Translations under genes and position numbers: made by a program
The notes under the pieces: model-generated
What the model saw: the letters and a program-made list of their open reading frames with translations, nothing else
Told to the model about the DNA's origin: nothing
Databases searched by the model: none
Shown: positions 13,002-25,069 of the stretch, piece after piece
Layout: every line of letters starts with the position of its first letter
How positions within the stretch are numbered: the stretch's first letter is position 1
Assembly: GCF_001194135.2 (NCBI RefSeq)
Contig: NC_068982.1
Span: 34,311,730-34,375,729, forward strand
Source: Octopus bimaculoides
Lineage: Eukaryota
Direction: 5' to 3'
DNA: 64,000 bases

Positions 13002-13606
13002 AAGTGGCAAACTGGCAGAATTGTTAGCATGCTGGACAAAATGCTTAGAGATATTTTCATCTGTCTTTACATTCTGAGTTCAAATTCCACCAAAGTTGAC
13101 TTTGCCTTTCATCCTTTTGGGGTTGATGAAATAAGTTGAACACTGAGGTTGATACAAAGTGACTAGCCCCCATGCCCCAAATTTTAGGCCTATGGTAGAA
13201 AGGATTATTATTATTATTATTATTAAAGGTGGTGAACTGGCAGAATCATTACACCAGGCAAAATATTTAGCAACATTTTGTCCATTTTTATAGTCTGAGT
13301 TCAAATCCTGCCCAAACAACTTTGCTTTTCATCTCCTTGGGGTTGATGAAATAAGTATTAGTTGAACAGTGGGGTTGATGTAATCTACAAGCCCTGCACC
13401 CACCAAATTTCAGGCCTTATGCCAAAATGCTTAGTGGCATTTCATTTGTCTTTACATTCCAAGTTCAAATCCTTAGAAGTTGATTTTGCCTTTCATCCTT
13501 TTGGGGTCAATAAAATAAGTACCAGTTGAGCACTGGGGTTGATGTAAATGATTAGACTTCCCTCCCCCTACAAAAAAATTTAGGTCCTGTGCCTCTAGTA
13601 AAAAGG

Positions 13607-13620
<14 letters not shown>
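12440..13620 (+). mobile_element. Head-to-tail cluster of about five family-A SINE copies separated by (TTA)n/(TAC)n tails
   Basis: Recurrent ...gctggcagaatc(g/a)ttagcat.....gagttcaaat...gactttgcctttcatccttttggggt units starting near 12440, 12755, 13000, 13225 and ~13420 (partial). Confidence 0.85.
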
Positions 13621-13639
<19 letters not shown>

Positions 13640-15031
13640 GCTGTCACTTTGTTGAAGAGTTTATGGGTTCATCTTTTTGACATTCCTGGCATTAGTGTAT
13701 TTGGATCCTATTAAGACTTACAAAATCTCTATTTATACCATGTGAACAGATATAGTTGTTTTTCTTCTTTTACAAAACAAAATTGATGGTTACTTCCAGG
13801 TTTAAAATTTCTTGCAGTTAGTAGGAAGGGGCTGAATCCTATGACCTTTATAGACCCTGTAAGTGTGATGAGATTGGTAGATTGATGTTCTGTTTAAACA
13901 TTTATAAAAGAAAAAAAAAAAAAGAACAACAAAAAATCTTAACAAAGTTATTCTTTCTTTTCTTTTTTTTTGTTCATTTGGAAAATTCCTTGTGAAAGAA
14001 AGAGGCCAGTAGAAAGCGATATCAAACTTTCCTTTAAGATAAACATCCAATTGAGTAGTACATTATTTGTCCAAATAACTTGACAAACATGGCGCTGTAC
14101 ATTGTATCTTTTTTTCATTTGAATATCCCACCCAGTTGGATATTTTTTTTATATACATCTTTCAAAAAAAAATACTATAGAATAACAGTGTGAAAACTTT
14201 TTGTGCCACTTTTTGACCAGTTTCATCTCTTAAACAAACAACTCAGTTGATAGTGAAAATTAAAAGTATCCAGTTTAAATTAATACACAGCAAGTAGGTC
14301 TTAAAAAATCTCTTGAAAGTAAGATGGTAGTTCATAAAGGAAATTCTACGAAGATGATTAATATAAGAAACTAAAATAGTGACTTGTTACTATAGCAAAA
14401 GAAGGTACATAGACTTCCTTACTAGTTCGATACGCCTCGTTATTAAAAACTAAGTCAACTGCAATTTCATCAACAGGCAACCAACCATAGTAACTCAGCT
14501 TGAAAACGCTGCTATGAAATTGCTTTATGTAATACAGATTTTTTTATATGATAAGAATTCCTCTTCTCTCAATTATAAAAGCTATCATATAACACATAGG
14601 ATATGTACAAACAATATTGATTAACTAATGCAACTGCTATTATTGTTTTAGAGCAGCAACTCTGTTAGACTAGCAGAAAATTTGTGTGTGTGTGTGTATA
14701 CATACATACATATATATATATATATGCACACATATATATATATACACACACAAATTAATAAGCAACTTATACAGAAGATAAAACATATGTATATAAGAAC
14801 ATAAATGTGTGTATGCTTGTGCGCGTGTACGTATGTATGTATATATATATATACACATACATAGGTGCAGGCATGTCTATGTAGTTAAGAAGCTCCCTTC
14901 TCAATTGTGTCGTTTCAAGCTTAACCCTAATGTGTGGCATCTTGGGAAAGTGTCTTCTGCTATAGGCCAGAGCAGACCAATGTTTTGTGAGTGAATTTTG
15001 GTAGATTGAAAACTGTATGGAAGCTCACTGT

Positions 15032-15076
<45 letters not shown>

Positions 15077-15379
15077 NNNNNNNNNNNNNNNNNTATATGC
15101 AAAGACACCTGTTTCTGTCACACTCTAACCTTTCATCATCCTCCAATGCCTTCTTCCCTCTGAAAGGTTCTTTGTCTTGCAAGTTACTTGATGACCCTGC
15201 CAGTGTTGGTGCCACATAAAAAGCATCAAATCCACACTGTAAAGTGGTTGGAATTTGTAAGGGCATCCAGCTGTTCAAACCATGTCAAAACTGACCTCGC
15301 CTATACTGGTGCTATGTAAAAAGCACTCAGGTCACTCTGCGAGATGGTTGGTGTTAGGAAGAGTATCATGAGGGCCAGT

Positions 15380-15960
15380 CAAGTGGTACTGGCAACAACC
15401 ATCCTCAAATGGTGCTTTTTATGTGCCACCAGCATGGTTGCCATTCAGATGGTACTGGTATTGACCATGACAATGATTTCACTTGACTCAACAGGTCTTT
15501 TGAAGCACAGTTTATTGTCCGATAATTGAAGGGTACTCCTAATTGGGCTGGTTATGCGACACTGGCATAGGCCACGGTTACAGTCTCACTTGGCTTGCCA
15601 GGTATTCTTAAGCACAGCATATCTCCAAAGGTCTCAGTCACTTGTCATTGCCTCCTTGAGGCCCAACTTCATCCCATGTCTTCCTGGGTCTACCTCTTCC
15701 ACAGGTTCCCTCCACTGTTAGGGTGTGACACTTACACAGCTGTCTTCATCCATATGCAACACATGACCATACCAGCACAGTTGTCTCTCTTGCACACCAC
15801 ATTTGATGCTTCTTATGTCCAACTTTTCTTTTGCGGTGCTTACACTCTGTCATGTATGCACTTTGACATTACACATCCAGCGAAGCATACTAGCTTTATT
15901 ACTTGTAAGCTTACGCATGTCCTCAGCAGTCACGGCCATTGTGGTGCTAAAATGATGATG
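15380..15960 (-). mobile_element. RTE-clade LINE 3' fragment (end of ORF2 plus 3' UTR)
   Basis: Minus-strand AVTAEDMRKLTSNKASMLRWMCNVKVH...EKLDIRSIKCGVQERQLCWYGHVLHMDEDSCV...EAMTSD*DLWRYAVLKNTWQAK*, a typical RTE C-terminus with stops and frameshifts. An opposite-orientation RTE tail is adjacent at ~15180-15370. Confidence 0.85.
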
Positions 15961-17872
15961 ATGATGATGAGTTTTTGTGGAAAATATACTCAATTGTATA
16001 GCATATCTCAATTGTAGTAGTACAAGTTTTGAGTGTATGTGTGTGCACAATCAAATACACCAGACAAATGCAAATAAGTATCCAATCTGGAGGGGTAGTA
16101 AAAATTTTCAGCCCTTTTTGGGACTTCATGGACTGCATACCCACCTGTCTTCTGTCCATAAAGAAATTGTTTATATTGTGACTCAATCAACTGGAAAATC
16201 CTATTTGCATAAATAGTGCTTTGCTGGTAGTACTCTTTGATAATATACATTTACTATAACATACATCTATTGTAATTGTACAACAGAGCATGTGTAGGTA
16301 AATACCCCATACATAAGTTACCAATACCTTTACAATTTCTTTTATATATATTTATATATCATGATGAAGTAAGTTTCACATGTTAAAGAATAGAGCACCC
16401 ATTGTACAAAATAGAGAGATAATTTACATATTACTACTATTATGTAAAAAAAAGTTGTCTGTTTCAAACTAGCAGTTGTGGGGGGGGGGGGGTAAAAAAG
16501 AAAGCTGCTATCTTTAAGCTGATATGATAAAAAATCTGTGGATCTGGATAAATTATATTGTTTTTTGATAACAAAGGAATTCCTTGTTTACTTCTATAAT
16601 GAGCATTCTGAATTTTTTTTTGTTTTTAAAGTTATTTGTAAATGAAATTTAAAGTAGAGGCAAAACATTTTTCAAAATCATTATTATTATTTGATGCTTG
16701 TTTTCCATGCTGGCAGGGGTTGGATGGTTCAATAAAAGCCAGCAAACCAGAGGACTGTGCCAAACCCCAATGTGAAGATGTCTGTAGAAGAACTGTCAAA
16801 CAACTTTACAGTGTCCTGGATACTTTTTATAAGGCACTGACACCATTGAGGTCACCAAGTAACTCACAAAATTTGGTGAGTTCACTAGTGCTGTTGCCAT
16901 GCACTATGTGTGTGTATGTGTGTGTGTGTGTGCTATAATGTTTATAGCTTTTGCAATAGAACAAGTCATAGGCTGACAATGATAGTTCAGTGAGATAGAA
17001 CTGATGATAGAAAAATAGAAAAAAGACAAAAGAAAAGGCTGATCATTACAAAGCATACAGGGCCAACTTGTCTTGCTATTGCTGATTTATATAATGAAAA
17101 CTGCACAGTCAGAATATTTGTGCCATCTGTATGTCTGTGTGTGTGTGTGTACCACTGATTTAATCTGCTTTCTGAACTGGCATGAGTTGGACAGGTTTTC
17201 ATGCTCCAATGTTTTCAGTAAGTTTTTATTCAGAGTTGTCCGAGATATGTTGGGAGACTTGTGTCTTATTTGAACATTGCTATATTTAGCATTGCTTCTA
17301 TAACAGGATGTCTTTCCTTTCTTCAACCACTGCAAGCAGAGTGTACTACTGCCTGCATTTTACTGTGGTATCATCAGCCACAAATGAGGTTGTCAGGTCT
17401 TTCAACGAGGCAAGACTAAGGGTTGTTTCAACTCTACATTGTCTCCACTCATTCACCAACCACTTTACTGAGTCTACTTTTATCACAACACTAGAACTAA
17501 TGCAGTTTGCCTTGTAATTTACAAAATAAAAGGGCTTCCCCACTGCATTGAGTTTCTTCCATTCATATGGAGCAATGTGACTAACTGAGAGGATAGAAGT
17601 GAGGATGCCTGTAGAAGAACTAGCATAAAAAAAAGATAAAGGAAAAAGAATATGAAGGAGACAGGATGAAAGGGACAGCAATATGGAAGAGGAGGGAGGA
17701 AAGGGGAAGTGCTGGAAGAGCAATAGAAGAGACAATATTAATAGGATGTAATGAGACAGTAATGATATGGATTATGAGAATGGAAGCTAGCAATTTAGAA
17801 GCATAATGTTAGGTTGGTATGAGAGAGCATGAGTGATGAGTAGTCACATAAATGTATGTAGGTATGCATGTG

Positions 17873-17917
<45 letters not shown>

Positions 17918-17953
17918 CTACTTACCTATCTATCTATCTACACACACACAGAG

Positions 17954-18354
17954 GAGTCTATGTAATTGCTCAGTTTGTTTCAATTTAGAAAAGATAGGGG
18001 TCTCTATGTGAGTCTGTTTGAAAAAGCAGTTAAACTGCCCTCAAATCACATTCTGCCACCATCCAAGGAAAGAGAGAAAGAGAGAGAGAAGAGTCTCTAT
18101 GTAATTGCTCAGTTTGTTTCGATTTAGAAAAGGTAAGGGTCTCTATGTGAGTCTGTCTGAAAAAGCAGTTAAACTGCCCTCAAATTACATTCTGCCACCA
18201 TTCAAGGAAAAAAAGGATCTACACACACAGACACAAAGGAGTCTCTATGTAATTGCTCAGTTTGTTTCAATTTAGAAAAGGTAGGGGGTCTCTATGTGAG
18301 TCTGTTTGAAAAAGCACTTAAACTGCCCTCAAATCACATTCTGCCACCATCCAA

Positions 18355-18421
<67 letters not shown>

Positions 18422-18538
18422 TCTCTATGTAATTGCTCAGTTTGTTTCAATTTAGAAAAGGTAGGGGTCTCTATGTGAGTCTGTCTGAAAAAAGCAGTTA
18501 AACTGCCCTCAAGTCACATTCTGCCACCATCCAAGGAA
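17954..18538. repeat. Four-copy tandem repeat of a ~120 bp unit with microsatellite spacers
   Basis: gagtctctatgtaattgctcagtttgtttcaatttagaaaaggtaggggtctctatgtgagtctg...tctgccaccatccaaggaaa at ~17954, 18091, 18239 and 18419. Confidence 0.9.
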
Positions 18539-18915
18539 AAATAAAAAGGGACATTTTCGGATACTGTAGCCAGTCTGAGTGAAACTATGCCTTAAAGGTT
18601 GGATGCTTGTAACTAAAACTCCTTCAATCAAAAGTTTGTTTGATCAGGACTTACCTGAGGACTAAACAACAACAATAGCAAGTATTTCATAATAATTAAA
18701 GCTACATGGCTATGTTAGAACTATTTGTTTAGCTAAGTTAACTATTAGTAAAGGTACAGGTATGACTATGTGGTCAAGAAACTCACTTTGAAGCCACTTG
18801 GTTTCACGTTAAACCCCAGTGAACAGCATCCTGGGCAAGTGTCTCTACTTTAGCCCTGGATCAAGCAATGGTTTGTGAGTAAATTTGGTAAATGGAAACT
18901 TTGTGGAAGCCCATC

Positions 18916-18957
<42 letters not shown>

Positions 18958-19887
18958 ATATATCTTTCTATGTTTTTTTCTTTGTATCTGTGTTTGTTAT
19001 ACCTCACCATCTGACAACTGATGTTATACCTCATCATCTGACAACTGCTGTTAGTTTGTTTATGTCCCCATAACAGTTTGGCACAAAAGATTAATAAAAT
19101 AAATACTAAATTTTAAAATAAAAATAAGTACTGGCATTGATTTATTTAACTAAAACCCTTCAGGGCAGTACCCCAGCATGGCCACAGTCCAATGACTGAA
19201 ACAATTAAAAGATAAAATATTTAGTACAGCGCATACAGAAAAAAAAAAAAACTAAGTGGAAATAATTATGTAGTGAGGAAAAACAATGTTAGTTAATGGC
19301 TAATACTATTTCATCTTTCTGGCAAATATGGGTGATAGTTCTGGACATGTTTCAAGCTTATTGTGATCTCATCAGCAAAGCATAGGTTTCACTGTACTTA
19401 TTAAAGACATGATAGAAAAAATCACAAAATAATGTACAAGAGTGCAGAAGAATGAACAATGATGCAGGAACAAAAAAAAAAAAAAAANNNNNNNNNNNNN
19501 NNNNNNNNNNNNNNNNNNNNNNNNNNNNNNNNNNNNNNNNNNNNNNNNNNNNNNNNNNNNNNNNNNNNNNNNNNNNNNNNNNNNNNNNNNNNNNNNNNNN
19601 NNNNNNNNNNNNNNNNNNNNNNNNNNNNNNNNNNNNNNNNNNNNNNNNNNNNNNNNNNNNNNNNNNNNNNNNNNNNNNNNNNNNNNNNNNNNNNNNNNNN
19701 NNNNNNNNNNNNNNNNNNNNNNNNNNNNNNNNNNNNNNNNNNNNNNNNNNNNNNNNNNNNNNNNNNNNNNNNNNNNNNNATTGACTAAAGATTACTTTTT
19801 CACTTGTTTGCATTCTTATTGCAAAAGTTTATAATATACATGTATGAAAAAAATAATTGTATAATATACATGTATAAAAAATCATAC

Positions 19888-19889
<2 letters not shown>

Positions 19890-19942
<53 letters not shown>

Positions 19943-20150
19943 GTTTAACGTCCGCTTTCCATGCTAGTATGGGTTGGATGATTTGACTGAGGACTGGTGA
20001 AACTGGATGGCAACACCAGGCTCCAATCTGATTTGGCAGAGTTTCTACAGCTGGATGCCCTTCCTAACGCCAACCACTCAGAGAGTGTAGTGGGTGCTTT
20101 TACGTGTCACCCGCACGAAGGCCAGTCAGGCGGTACTGGCAACGGCCACA
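19890..20150 (-). mobile_element. RTE-type 3' end with (GAT)n tail
   Basis: (CAT)n cgtttaacgtccgctttccatgc...gatgcccttcctaacgccaaccactc; shorter copies at 21410-21560 and 38403-38550. Confidence 0.8.
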
Positions 20151-23100
20151 ATATACATGTATAAAAAAAAAATAATAATGATAAAGAGATGATATATATC
20201 AGTGGAGTGTCAAACACAAAAATACTTTATATGAAGTATTTGTTACATTCCTTTACATTCTGAGTTCAAATCCTGCTTAGATCCCACTTTGCCTTTTATC
20301 TTTCTGAGGTTAATAAAAATAAGTACAACTCAAAATAAATCCTTGACTCAATATAATCCACTATACCCTAGAAGGTCCTGAAAGGGTGAAAGGCAAAGTC
20401 AACCTTGGTAGAATTAGAACTCAGAAATGTAAAGATGGACAAAGTGCTGCTAAGCATTTCATCTCTTACGCTAATGATTCTGCCAAATCGCCGCCTTGAT
20501 GATGATGATGATGATGATGATGATTGTGGTGGTGGCATTTCAGATTTTTGTACAGGGTCAGCAGTTTTTGAGGAGAGTGAGCAAGTCAATTACATCGACC
20601 CCCAATACTTGACTGGACTCCGAAAGGATGAAAGGCAAATTTGATCCTGGTAGATTTTGAAATCAGAACTTAAAGATGGAAGACGAAGAAGAAAAAGAAG
20701 ATGAAGACAAACTGAGAGATTCAATGTTACATGCTACTCCATTTCCTAAAGATGATTTCCAGAAACTCAGAGTAGCAAATATGTAACACTGAATTTGTTT
20801 TTTACTTGAAATGTAAATACACCCTATTATCATAGTACAGAGTATTCTTTTTTTTGTTTGTTCAAGCTAATATCATATTTCAGAGTTGTACTTATCTGGC
20901 AAGTGATTTGATCTGAGACTGTGTGTTGAATGCAATTACAGCTTGGAAAACTCATTAAAGCCATTCAGAAAATACACACAATAACAGTGATTCATTTAAT
21001 CATTTGTTATTTGTGTCAAAATTTTTTATCACACTATCTGTGACCAGGTTACTGACACAATTCCATTGCAACTTTTACATATATCTATATATATAGTTTA
21101 AATTTATAGAAAACAAAAGACGAAGACAGGTGAGGAAACAGCAAGCAGATGTATTAGTTTGAAGTTTGGGAGGAATAAATAAGATAAGAATAGATAAGTC
21201 TTTGATGTTTCTTCAACAGAAAGGGTTGAGAGGTAAAAAATAGAGAGGGAATGAAAAAAAACAGAGAGAGAAAAATATTTGTAGGGATTAACAGTTTAAC
21301 ATGATGAAAGAACCAGAAGAAAGAGGCTGAATGATATATATATCATTAAACGATGATATATATATCGTTAAATGATGATGATGATATATATATATATATA
21401 TATATATATCATCATCATCGTTTAACGTCTGCTTTCCATGCTAGCATGGGTTGGACGATTTGACTGAGGACTGACGAACCAGATGGCTACACCAGGCTTC
21501 AATCTGATTTGGCAGAGTTTCTACAGCTGGATGCCCTTCCTAACGCCAATCACTCCGATATATATGGTATAGCTGTGTGGTGAAGAAGTCTGTTTTCCAA
21601 CCATGTTTGTCTGGGGTTCAGCTCCACTGTGTGGGACCTTGGGCAAGTGTCTTCCACACTGCCCCAAGCCAATCATGGCTAGAGGCAATATGTATGTGTT
21701 TGTGGTGTAACCTTGTCTAGACATTATGTGATGGTTGTAAATGAGGATTATTGGTTATATAAGCAAGGTTGTTCATTTCCAGTCTTCTGTGAGAAAACAT
21801 GACTGGCCATGGGGAACTATTAACTTGTCTGGAAACAGGTGAGGGTTAGCAACAGGAAGGGCATCTGGTTGTAGAAAATCTGACACTAAGATACAAATAA
21901 ATTCCGGTTAGGAAGATGCTGTTAGTGAGAAGAAAGAGGAGATATAATCTCCATACCAAAGACCTGTTCCAAATGTTGGTAACAAAGTGAATTTAGCTAA
22001 AGGTACTCAAAGGCCAAGTGGGGATGCTTAACCAGGTGATAAATTGAATCCAATCTTGTAAAAGCACTGGTCATTTACTGATTCAATCTAATGGTAATCC
22101 CTTGTACTCCAGATACCAAATCCCTGATATTGTACTTGAGCTAGAAATCAATTATACTTGAAATAGTCTCTGATTTACTTTCTGCAATCAAACCCTTTTT
22201 GGAATTATTGTCTTCCATACAAGTACAGGTGTAGTTGTGTCATAAGAAGTTTACTTCCCAACCACATGATTCTGGGTTCAAATATTTTAATAATTCACAT
22301 AGTTTCAATGAAAGATCTGTGTGGTGTTCAATTCTTTGTTAATAGTTTTTTTTTTATACAATGTCTAATACTTATCTTTTATTATCAAAATAAATACTCC
22401 TGCCCAAATNNNNNNNNNNNNNNNNNNNNNNNNNNNNNNNNNNNNNNNNNNNNNNNNNNNNNNNNNNNNNNNNNNNNNNNNNNNNNNNNNNNNNNNNNNN
22501 NNNNNNNNNNNNNNNNNNNNNNNNNNNNNNNNNNNNNNNNNNNNNNNNNNNNNNNNNNNNNNNNNNNNNNNNNNNNNNNNNNNNNNNNNNNNNNNNNNNN
22601 NNNNNNNNNNNNNNNNNNNNNNNNNNNNNNNNNNNNNNNNNNNNNNNNNNNNNNNNNNNNNNNNNNNNNNNNNNNNNNNNNNNNNNNNNNNNNNNNNNNN
22701 NNNNNNNNNNNNNNNNNNNCATCAATCCATCCACGCACACACACATGTATACATACATACATACATACATATGTGTATAAAGATAGATACACAAGCATTC
22801 AGCTAAGAGTGAAATGCATCTTATAGCAGAAACAACTGTAAGCTAATGAAGTTCATTACATAATTTCTTGTGTGCTTGTCATTTATTTAATTTCTTATTT
22901 CACTCTGTACTCGACTAATGTTTTTTTATATTGATTTCTAATACAAGGTTATTAGTATAGCTATGCTTAAGTGAAATATGAATGAATGAATGTGTGTGTG
23001 TGTGTGTGTACCATACATACCAGGGTAGGATTAAGAGTTTTTTCTGATGCCCTAAGCACAACTCAACAATGGTGCCTTCTTAACCGTTCTCTTGTCTAAC

Positions 23101-24714
23101 TGACATAATACAAGCACTGAATGTAATGTAAAAAGATGAAAAATGTCCTTTTCTTTAAGGCCAGATACCACAACTATATAAAGTACATCCTGTTTTTTAA
23201 AAGTAAAGGCAAATTGTTTACTTATAATTAGAACAACAATTTTCGGCAATTTTTATTATTCATTTCTTGTTTTTGAAAAAGCCTGCTACAGTTTACCATT
23301 TCCAATATGGTTAATCCAACACACACAAACAAAAACTGTTTGTGATGCCCCACATTTCCTTAGCGCTGTAAGCACTTGCTTAATGATTAATCTAGGCCCA
23401 ATATACATACCCCCTGCACTAACATACACATGCTAAAGATTATGTAAGTAATACTATTTTGAAACATACACACACATTATTAACACCATTTCCATTCAAC
23501 AACTGTTGATCCACTGTTAGATGAAAGGCTCAGCATGCCATTGTCAGCTTATCTGTGCTGTTTGTAAGTGTACCTGTCTATACTGGCCAATTGCAGATAT
23601 GACATTGGTGGTAGCAGTGGAGATAATAGTGTCCCAAAGTTGAGTGATTAGCCTCTGGCTATCAGTAACATGTAGGTGACATTTGAACTTAGAACACAAA
23701 GATCCAAAACAGATATCACACACTAAGTCTGCCAATCCATCACTGTCATACTAAACCATAGAAGATGAAAATAAAAGATGTCTTGAAGGATTTTAGTTAA
23801 ACAAACTAACCCCACTTATTTTGAAAGTCTGGCACTTATTCTACTACCAGTTTCTTTTGCTGAACTGTTAAGTTATGGAGAAGTAAAGAAACCAAAATCA
23901 GTTGTCAAGCACTGGGGAGACAGACAGACAGACAGACAGACACAAAAGGCTTTTTAAAAATTTTTGTTTATCAAATCCACACACAAAGCTTTGATTGGAC
24001 CAGGGCTATAGTAGAAAACATTTGCTCAAGATGCCATATAATGGGACTGAACTTGAAGCAATGTGGCTGGGAAACAAACTTCTTACTACACAGCCATGCC
24101 TGGAGAACAAAAGTATTTAAGCTTGTCTTTTATTTCAGAAAATTAGGATATGGGGGACAATATTACTTAATGCATCAGGTTTTCTTTTCTAAGGTTGAGT
24201 GACCAGTTACAGAGGCTCTCAAATTTTACAGTTAAGTAGACAAGGTCAGTATCTCTTTTTACTTTGGCAACTTAAGCTGATATTTGAGCCAATAAAATAA
24301 CTTGATACTGATATTCACTTGTAACAAATTCAGTTCACTCATAAATGCCACACTTCCCAATCCCTATTATGTCTCAGCCACAAAGTTAATAAGGATTTTG
24401 TTTAATTCATTAGGTCTTAAGTATAAACCACTGTGCTTTTGGTGATGCTTTGATCTGTACAAATAATTATCTGTAATACCTTATGACAATCACAATAAAC
24501 ATTGTATGTGTGTGTGTGTGAGTTTAAGCGTGACAATTACATAGAACAGGCATGTGCAACCTTTTCCGAGAAACGGGTTACATGAAGCATGACTCATCAG
24601 GTGGGCCGCACTACTAAAAATTTCAAGACAATCTCTTGTTAGGTGAGCCATTCATATAGTCCCAAAGGCCACCGTTTGTCCACGACTGATATAGAGCTTG
24701 CACTTCAGGATATT

Positions 24715-24757
24715 CTCCCCATCAGCTGACGAGAGGGGGTCGTCAGCTGATGAGGAG
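24715..24757 (-). other. 18-bp stem, 7-nt loop hairpin
   Basis: Plus strand ctcc-c-catcagctgacga-gaggggg-tcgtcagctgatg-a-ggag. The single C/A mismatch becomes a U-G wobble in minus-strand (gene-sense) RNA. Confidence 0.8.
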
Positions 24758-25008
24758 TTCAGCACCCAACTGCGGTGCCGAGCAGTATTAATGCTATCTG
24801 AAAATGTCACGGTTCTTTTGGTCCATACTGTAGCTCCATCACTCCCCTGAAATCCATATGTATGCTTGTAAACACACACACACACACACACGTACACGTA
24901 TATCTAAGTATGTATGAGTGTATGTTTGCGCATACCCACGAGTATACCTTACGTTCATCAAGACTCTTTCTTGATCCTTTTTAATCACAGATAATTTATA
25001 TATCTTAC

Positions 25009-25069
25009 CCGTGCAACTGAGCTGCCCGAATTTTGCACACTCAAAATATCCGAACATCCGATAAGACAT
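25009..25069 (-). CDS. Candidate alternative first coding exon (MSYRMFGYFECAKFGQLSCT-G), phase-compatible with exon 2
   Basis: ATG at 25069, 61 nt open, donor CGG|gtaaga in phase 1; lies at the CpG boundary. Weak Kozak context and no homology evidence. Confidence 0.3.

Noticed and set aside
13818-13858. Plus-strand 41-nt segment with tttcttgcag acceptor and gtaagt donor
   Set aside because: No partner exons or recognisable peptide on the plus strand; such site pairs are expected by chance in 64 kb of AT-rich DNA.
20676-20786. Short acidic ORF MEDEEEKEDEDKLRDSMLHATPFPKDDFQKLRVANM
   Set aside because: The ATG comes from a SINE fragment running into a GAA-rich tract; 36 aa with no splice or homology support.
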